Of a stretch of 64,000 nucleotides of DNA, positions 59,297-64,000 are shown piece after piece. This DNA comes from an uncultured bacterium (GTDB taxonomy: Bacteria > Patescibacteriota > Minisyncoccia > UBA6257 > 2-01-FULL-56-20). The DNA lies in NCBI GenBank assembly GCA_963696395.1, contig CAVOJZ010000002.1:70433-134432 (forward strand), written 5' to 3'. The translations under genes and the position numbers were made by a program. The notes beneath the pieces are model-generated. The model was given only the letters and a program-made list of their open reading frames with translations. It had not been told where the DNA came from and made no database searches. Every line of letters starts with the position of its first letter. The stretch's first letter is position 1.

Positions 59297-59770
59297 AGGA
59301 ATATTCTACCATCCACCGTAGCTCCAGGGGAATCTCACGTCGCTCACTTCGTTCACTCTCTGAGAACCCTCGGTTCTCAGCCTCTCTCCTACACGGGGAA
59401 ACCTTAGGTTTCCCCGACCCCTTTCCTCGTTCGATTCCTCCACGAGAAAACGAAAACAATTCTCTTCCTGCGAGAGGGTATGCCGGCCGCGCGAAGGCGC
59501 GGAGGCGTAGGACGTTTTCAGCAGAAAACGATCCGACCCTCTTGCAGGAAAAGAATTGTTGCCGTAGACCTCATCGGGGGACTTGTCGAACCTGGGAACA
59601 AATAATCACAGAACTGAAAAAACACTTTGGGTTGGGAATAGCGCCAGCTAACTAGGGCACTTTCTCAATCGTAGCGCAGAATCCCGGCCTTACAAGGCGG
59701 GGTTTTGTGCTACAAGCGGCAACTTTCCTCCCCTTTCTGTCCCCAATTCCGCTCCCTACCATGAACAGTA
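59297..59770. ncRNA. Approximately 470-bp non-coding, highly structured region (candidate structured RNA or complex leader); identity unresolved
   Basis: No ORF of at least 60 aa; perfect hairpins GAGAACC-CTC-GGTTCTC (about 59361..59377) and CGGGGAAACC-TTA-GGTTTCCCCG (about 59394..59416); further GC-rich complementary segments. Lies between the divergent tpiA and the 59771 ORF. Confidence 0.3.
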
Positions 59771-60353
59771 ATGAAAAAAATATCTGACATCCTCATCGAG
59801 TCTGCAGAAAAAGCCAAAGAGAAAAACGCCATGCCCACAGTGTCCGCCGTGCTCCCTGATGGCACGCTCGTCGAAATGCTTTACCGCCCAGAAGAACGCC
59901 GAAGGTTCGACCCGGCTTGTCGATTGGAGTACCAAAGACATACGCGGCGACAAGGAAACGGCAACGCTCGCCAAGCTCGAAGAGCTGCTCCGCCGCTTCG
60001 AGCCTGATGTGCTCGTCGTCGAGGACTGCGCCCACCCGTCGTCGCGACGCAGTGAACGGATCGCTCTACTCACCAAAGAAATGGTCGTGACTGCCAGGAA
60101 GCTCGGCGTCAAAGGCCACGCGCTTCCCATCGCCCATGTCTACCGGCACTTCGCCGAGAGTGGAGCCCGTACCAAGCACGAGATCGCGACGACCCTCGCC
60201 ATGCGGTTTCCGGGACTCCTACTGCGCCTCCCGCCGAAACGCAAACCATGGCAGAGCGAAGATAGTCGCTTGGGCATTTTCGATGCGGCAGCGCTCGGTA
60301 TCACCTATTATCTCCGCGAACGCAGCAAGACCGGACGCATCCGGGACTCATAA
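59771..60353 (+). pseudogene. RuvC-like (RNase H-fold resolvase-like) gene split by an apparent +1/-1 frameshift near 59885..59915
   Basis: Frame A (59771..) gives a plausible N-terminus MKKISDILIESAEKAKEKNAMPTVSAVLPDGTLVEMLYRPEE and then becomes Arg-rich nonsense. Frame B (to 60353) gives RLVDWSTKDIRGDKETATLAKLEELLRRFEPDVLVVEDC...KHEIATTLAMRFPGL...SRLGIFDAAALGITYY, collinear with the RuvC C-terminal half (E..., ...DAADALAIAITH). This could equally be a sequencing error. Confidence 0.35.
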
Positions 60354-60371
60354 CAGGCCACATTCCACATT

Positions 60372-60980
60372 TTGAACGTCCGCATCCGGGACCTCGTTGG
60401 ATATGACGGGATCTGGATAATTCCGAGCGAACTCACGCTCGGCTCAGCGATTGGCACCCAACATCGCTTTGGCAATGACCACGTGCCGTTCGGACGTTAC
60501 GATCTTGCTCCGGAGGAGGCCCTGAAGATTGAAGTCCATGCAAAGGCGTTCGAAGGAATTCACCCAACCCTCGAAATGGCAAGTCAACGCCTGGTGGACA
60601 GTTCGCGGAGAACCAAACCTCGCGACACGATTGTCGATGCGGTAATCGGACTTGAGACCATCCTGCTAGCAAGTACGGGTGACCGGACAGAACTGCGCTT
60701 CCGCTTCTCCTTGCATTATGCGTTGCTCTTTGCGAAAGCGGATCGAAAGACTGCATTTTTTACCGCCCGAGGTCTTTATGACCTCCGAAGCGCAATCGCC
60801 CACGGGAGCCAGTCCAAAGCTGAAGTCACAATCAATGGCAAGACATTGACGCTTGGCGATGCTGCAACCCTAGCCCGATCGGTTTTGCGAAAGACAATCG
60901 ACATCTTCATTCCTAACTCAACAAGCCCCGCTTTTACAAAGGATGAGTTCTGGACATCGAAGGAGCTCGGGATTGATTAA
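60372..60980 (+). CDS. HEPN-domain protein (Rx4HG motif), candidate RNase toxin / abortive-infection component
   Basis: C-terminal helix pair with LYDLRSAIAHGSQ (R-x4-H-G, the HEPN catalytic motif as in MAE_28990/RiboL-PSP-type HEPN); about 200 aa, no TM. Confidence 0.45.
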   Translation: MNVRIRDLVGYDGIWIIPSELTLGSAIGTQHRFGNDHVPFGRYDLAPEEALKIEVHAKAFEGIHPTLEMASQRLVDSSRRTKPRDTIVDAVIGLETILLASTGDRTELRFRFSLHYALLFAKADRKTAFFTARGLYDLRSAIAHGSQSKAEVTINGKTLTLGDAATLARSVLRKTIDIFIPNSTSPAFTKDEFWTSKELGID

Positions 60981-61074
60981 CGAGAAGACGTTAATTTTAT
61001 TTGTTGATACTCTTCACATCTATTACTTTGGCAACACCTCTCGTTGCGCCGTATAGCTCACATTCCGGCTGCTG

Positions 61075-61476
61075 CTACCACAGTCTGGCAATTGTTTTTA
61101 TCCAATTCGGGGTTTCGGCTTTAGTCCTATAAGAGGCGATTATAAATCGCCAGCCTATGACTAGTATCAGAGTCCCTGCCGTTGTCACAAGAAGGTAGAT
61201 CGTATTTGCGTTATTACTAAAATCATTTTGAATTCCTAGTACATTCGGGAGTCCGATCCCGATAATTATCCCCGCTAGTGCTAACATATGGCCCCATTGC
61301 CGGAGAATCGGTTGCTTGATTTCAGTACCCTCTCGCCCAAATCGAATAAGTTTTCCCATGTACAAGAATCCAACAACAAAAAACGTGGCAACCTCAAGTA
61401 ACAATATAATAATTACTATCATTGCTTTATTGGATTTATATAATTTGCAACACGGTCTAGTGTACCTCCAGTCCAC
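61075..61476 (-). CDS. Small multi-TM membrane protein, putative immunity protein for the upstream Rhs C-terminal toxin
   Basis: 3-4 hydrophobic helices (MIVIIILLLEVATFFVVGFLYM, MLALAGIIIGIGL, IYLLVTTAGTLILVIGW); AT-rich codon usage; starts about 7 nt before the toxin ORF stop (typical toxin-immunity coupling). Confidence 0.45.
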   Translation of the reverse strand: MDWRYTRPCCKLYKSNKAMIVIIILLLEVATFFVVGFLYMGKLIRFGREGTEIKQPILRQWGHMLALAGIIIGIGLPNVLGIQNDFSNNANTIYLLVTTAGTLILVIGWRFIIASYRTKAETPNWIKTIARLW

Positions 61477-62495
61477 TGTGCACCGTAAAATGTGATTTCT
61501 AACCCTCCCACAGCCGTGTCTACGAACCCAGGAGCTATGAGATTACCAGCCACTAGGGCAAGAGCAATCGTTGTTGCCGCTCCATCGCTCTCTCCAAAAG
61601 CGCCGTAGGAATCAAACCCTTTAGCCATTGCCTCCAGTCCGGTAGCAAGCTGATATCGTGCTATGAGTGCTACGTCAACGGGGCGCCCAGGCTGAATGAC
61701 CGAGGTAGGAGCAGCGCCCGGTGCAGAAACGATCGTCGGAGAAAGATTTGCCCCTGAGGAATTGCCCTGCTGCTGGTTTGCATTAGCGCTTCCATTGCCG
61801 CCAAGTATTATTGCGGCAATCGTCTTCTTATTGAACATACTCGTATCCTGCTCTCCGTTGAATGACGAATCATTCCGGAGAACGGTGGATTGAACGTTTC
61901 CGGTGCCTGCGAAATATCCTCCACCCCCTCCGCCGATAGATCCTTCGAGTTCGCCTATAATCTGCTCCAACCGATTGATAATCCCTTGAATCTGTTGCTG
62001 CAACGTCCCCTTTCCGCTCGGGTCTTTGAGTGTGATCGGGTTATCGAGCGCATAGGTATAGGCATTCAAGGACTGTGGATTCGTGAGATCGCCATTCTTG
62101 GGGCTCTTTAAGAACATCGGATCCTGACTCGTGAACTCGCCTTGTGCCGGGTTGTAATACCTTGCGTTTAAATAGTCGAGAGCGGGAGCGGCGTCATACT
62201 GCTGCCCAATAAAGTTTCTCTTCTCCCCGTTAAAGGACCCGACCGTAGTATCCACTCGCGCTTGACCATAAGGATAATAGTCGATAGTTTCCTGAGCCGT
62301 AACGGCGTGCACGACACCCTCTCCGCTTTCTGGCGGCTCGACAGGGCGATCGTAGGCGAGATTCGTGGCGACCCGTGGAGCGACCACCGGCGATATCGGC
62401 ATTTTTTCAACGGCCACGAGGACCACGCTCCCCCGCGAGGTTCGTAGGACGCCACGGAAGGAAATTACACTTCTTTCGACAGTCGCGGTCTTCAT
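61419..62495 (-). CDS. Orphan Rhs/YD-repeat C-terminal fragment: RHS-repeat-associated core followed by a variable C-terminal toxin domain
   Basis: ETIDYYPYGQARVD...RNFIGQQYDAAPALDYLNARYYNPAQGEFTSQDPMFL...NLNAYTYALDNPITLKDPSGKG is the Rhs core ending in the DPxGK/L cleavage motif; the downstream roughly 215 aa is Gly-rich with a hydrophobic GxxxG-rich tail; there are no upstream YD repeats and an in-frame stop lies just upstream. Confidence 0.7.
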   Translation of the reverse strand: MKTATVERSVISFRGVLRTSRGSVVLVAVEKMPISPVVAPRVATNLAYDRPVEPPESGEGVVHAVTAQETIDYYPYGQARVDTTVGSFNGEKRNFIGQQYDAAPALDYLNARYYNPAQGEFTSQDPMFLKSPKNGDLTNPQSLNAYTYALDNPITLKDPSGKGTLQQQIQGIINRLEQIIGELEGSIGGGGGGYFAGTGNVQSTVLRNDSSFNGEQDTSMFNKKTIAAIILGGNGSANANQQQGNSSGANLSPTIVSAPGAAPTSVIQPGRPVDVALIARYQLATGLEAMAKGFDSYGAFGESDGAATTIALALVAGNLIAPGFVDTAVGGLEITFYGAQWTGGTLDRVANYINPIKQ

Positions 62496-62701
62496 GGTCT
62501 TTCCACGATAATTTTAGCATTTTCGGCGCGATTCCGTTCCCTCGAAAATGGGACACTTCGGGACACGAAACGGCACCCTTAAAACCGTGTCCCGTTTTGA
62601 CGGCTCGCGACTTTTCGCACCTTGCGACATATGGCGAATCGGGAATGGGACAGTACACTGTCCCATGTACTTTTTTATCGCTTTTGGATTATCCTAACCT
62701 C

Positions 62702-63869
62702 CGTCTTCCGGTCGGGCGGCGTTGTGCGGCTGGCACGATAAAAACAAAAATATGAAAAGAAAAATGATGATAAAGGGGGAACGTGAGGAGAGAAATCCGA
62801 ACGCTTCTCGCGAAGCGGACGAAACGATGGGTGCGGTACGGCGAATAGGCAGACCGAGAAAGTTCGCGGAGATGCCCGCGCCGATATCGGATGAAAGCTG
62901 GCGCGTGGCCGTGTCCCGCGAAATCGAAGAGAAAATCATCGCGCTCTACGCGAAAGGACTCACGACGCGAGACATCATGAATTACCTCCGCGACCACCAT
63001 CAAGTCGACGTGTCGCAAGCGACGATCTCGGCGATCACGGATAAAGTATATCCGCTGATGAAGGAATGGCAGACGAGGCCGCTGTCGTCCGTCTATGCGT
63101 TCATCTATTTGGACGGCTTGCGCTTCAAAGTGCGCGAGGCAGGAAAAATCGTAAACAAATGCGCGTACATAATCCTCGGCATCAATGACCAAGGATACAA
63201 GGACGTGCTCGGCATCTGGGTGAGCGAAACCGAGTCGGCGAAATTCTGGATGGGAATTCTGAACGAATTGAAAAATCGCGGCGTCGAAGAAATCCTCATC
63301 GCGTGCATCGACGGGTTGCGAGGATTCACGGATGCGGTGAAAGCCATCTATCCCGACACCGAAGTCCAACGATGCATCGTCCATCAAATTCGGCACACGA
63401 TTAAGTTCATGCCGATAAAGGATCGCGATGCTTTCTGCCGGGATCTGAAAAGCGTCTACAGCGCGCCGACGGAGGAAGCCGGGCGCGAAGCGTTGGAAGT
63501 CGTGAAGCAGAAATGGCCGCGCTACCAGCCGTATCTCAAATCGTGGGAGGACAAATGGGCGGAGCTGTCCCCTTTCTTCAACTATCCCGATGGGATCAAA
63601 AAAGCGGTCTACACCACAAACGCGATCGAATCGCTCAACGCGCAGTTCCGCAAGGTGACGAAGACCACGCTGATGTTCCCGCATGACGAAGCATTGGAAA
63701 AATTGCTCTGGCTCGCGCAGGACAATATCGCGAAGCGGTGGACGAAACCGATTCGAACATGGGGCGAAGCGGTGCCGCAACTCGCGATCCTGTTTCCGGA
63801 CAAGCTGAAACTCTAAAGAAAAAATAACATACCAACCGCTGACCGCACGATTGCCGCTCGCCGGAGACG
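62702..63869 (+). mobile_element. IS256-family insertion sequence (about 1.17 kb) with imperfect terminal inverted repeats
   Basis: Left end CGTCTTCCGGTCGGGCGGCGTTGTGCGGCTGGCACGATAAAAAC versus reverse complement of right end CGTCTCCGGCGAGCGGCAATCGTGCGGTCAGCGGTTGGTATG (about 30 of 40 positions match); encloses an IS256-type transposase. Exact ends and target-site duplication are unresolved. Confidence 0.6.
62722..63816 (+). CDS. IS256-family (Mutator-type, MULE) transposase
   Basis: IIALYAKGLTTRDIMNYLRDHHQVDVSQATISAITDKV; YAFIYLDGLRFKVRE; ILGINDQGYKDVLGIW; IACIDGLRGFTDAVKAIYP...RCIVHQIRH; DDE spacing typical of IS256. Confidence 0.85.
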   Translation: MCGWHDKNKNMKRKMMIKGEREERNPNASREADETMGAVRRIGRPRKFAEMPAPISDESWRVAVSREIEEKIIALYAKGLTTRDIMNYLRDHHQVDVSQATISAITDKVYPLMKEWQTRPLSSVYAFIYLDGLRFKVREAGKIVNKCAYIILGINDQGYKDVLGIWVSETESAKFWMGILNELKNRGVEEILIACIDGLRGFTDAVKAIYPDTEVQRCIVHQIRHTIKFMPIKDRDAFCRDLKSVYSAPTEEAGREALEVVKQKWPRYQPYLKSWEDKWAELSPFFNYPDGIKKAVYTTNAIESLNAQFRKVTKTTLMFPHDEALEKLLWLAQDNIAKRWTKPIRTWGEAVPQLAILFPDKLKL

Positions 63870-64000
63870 AAAATCGCAACGCACACCACCGCAGCGGTGT
63901 CGGTGACATGGTACAATAAATAAATATGAAGTGGCTCATTAACGCGCGATGATGCGGAACGCGGAATTCACATTTACGAATGATAAGCTCATACGGACCG

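Noticed and set aside
59297-59770. Calling this region a tmRNA (ssrA) or RNase P RNA
   Set aside because: It has a TTCGATTCC element and GGGG-rich ends, but no ANDENYALAA-type tag reading frame, no GGTTCGA-terminated acceptor stem with CCA, and no RNase P CR-I/CR-V boxes could be found by eye. It is left as an unassigned structured region.
62689-63939. 416-aa minus-strand ORF
   Set aside because: Antisense to the IS256 transposase, whose protein has clear family motifs; Arg/Phe-rich composition typical of shadow ORFs.

Overview
This 64-kb window is dense with genes, mostly on the minus strand, and looks like an accessory-rich stretch of a small genome resembling the Candidate Phyla Radiation (CPR/Patescibacteria). 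That inference rests on gene content: very large Thr/Ser-rich surface proteins, a Wzy-like protein with TPR repeats, sigma factors paired with DUF5666/5667-like proteins, and a sparse set of metabolic genes. The main contents are as follows.
- The 3' end of fmt.
- A contiguous minus-strand cluster of secreted and anchored proteins from 686 to 14903 (about 14 kb), with cohesin-like, dockerin-like, FN3 and LamG-like modules, tandem internal repeats and duplicated domains.
- A Fe/Mn superoxide dismutase gene and a tRNA-Gln(UUG).
- A low-GC cargo gene bracketed by direct repeats that resemble a tRNA 3' end; two more copies of the repeat lie nearby.
- Two insertion sequences, IS481-like and IS256-like.
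- lexA.
- Three ECF sigma factor loci, each followed by a membrane protein; one of them lies immediately upstream of a MacAB-type ABC efflux locus on the same strand.
- A locus with the gene order MarR, two membrane-fusion proteins and an MFS DHA2 transporter.
- A DsbA-like/DsbB pair.
- Three GH130-like domains spread over two genes.
- PGI/PMI next to an apparent zwf-gnd fusion.
- Housekeeping genes secA, hpf, murB and tpiA.
- A structured non-coding region of about 470 bp.
- A terminal islet containing a frameshifted RuvC-like ORF and a HEPN-motif ORF.
- An orphan Rhs C-terminal toxin fragment with a small membrane immunity-like gene, next to the IS256-like element.
No CRISPR array and no rRNA genes were seen. 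All calls come from reading motifs in the translated ORFs and the raw sequence; no database search was possible.
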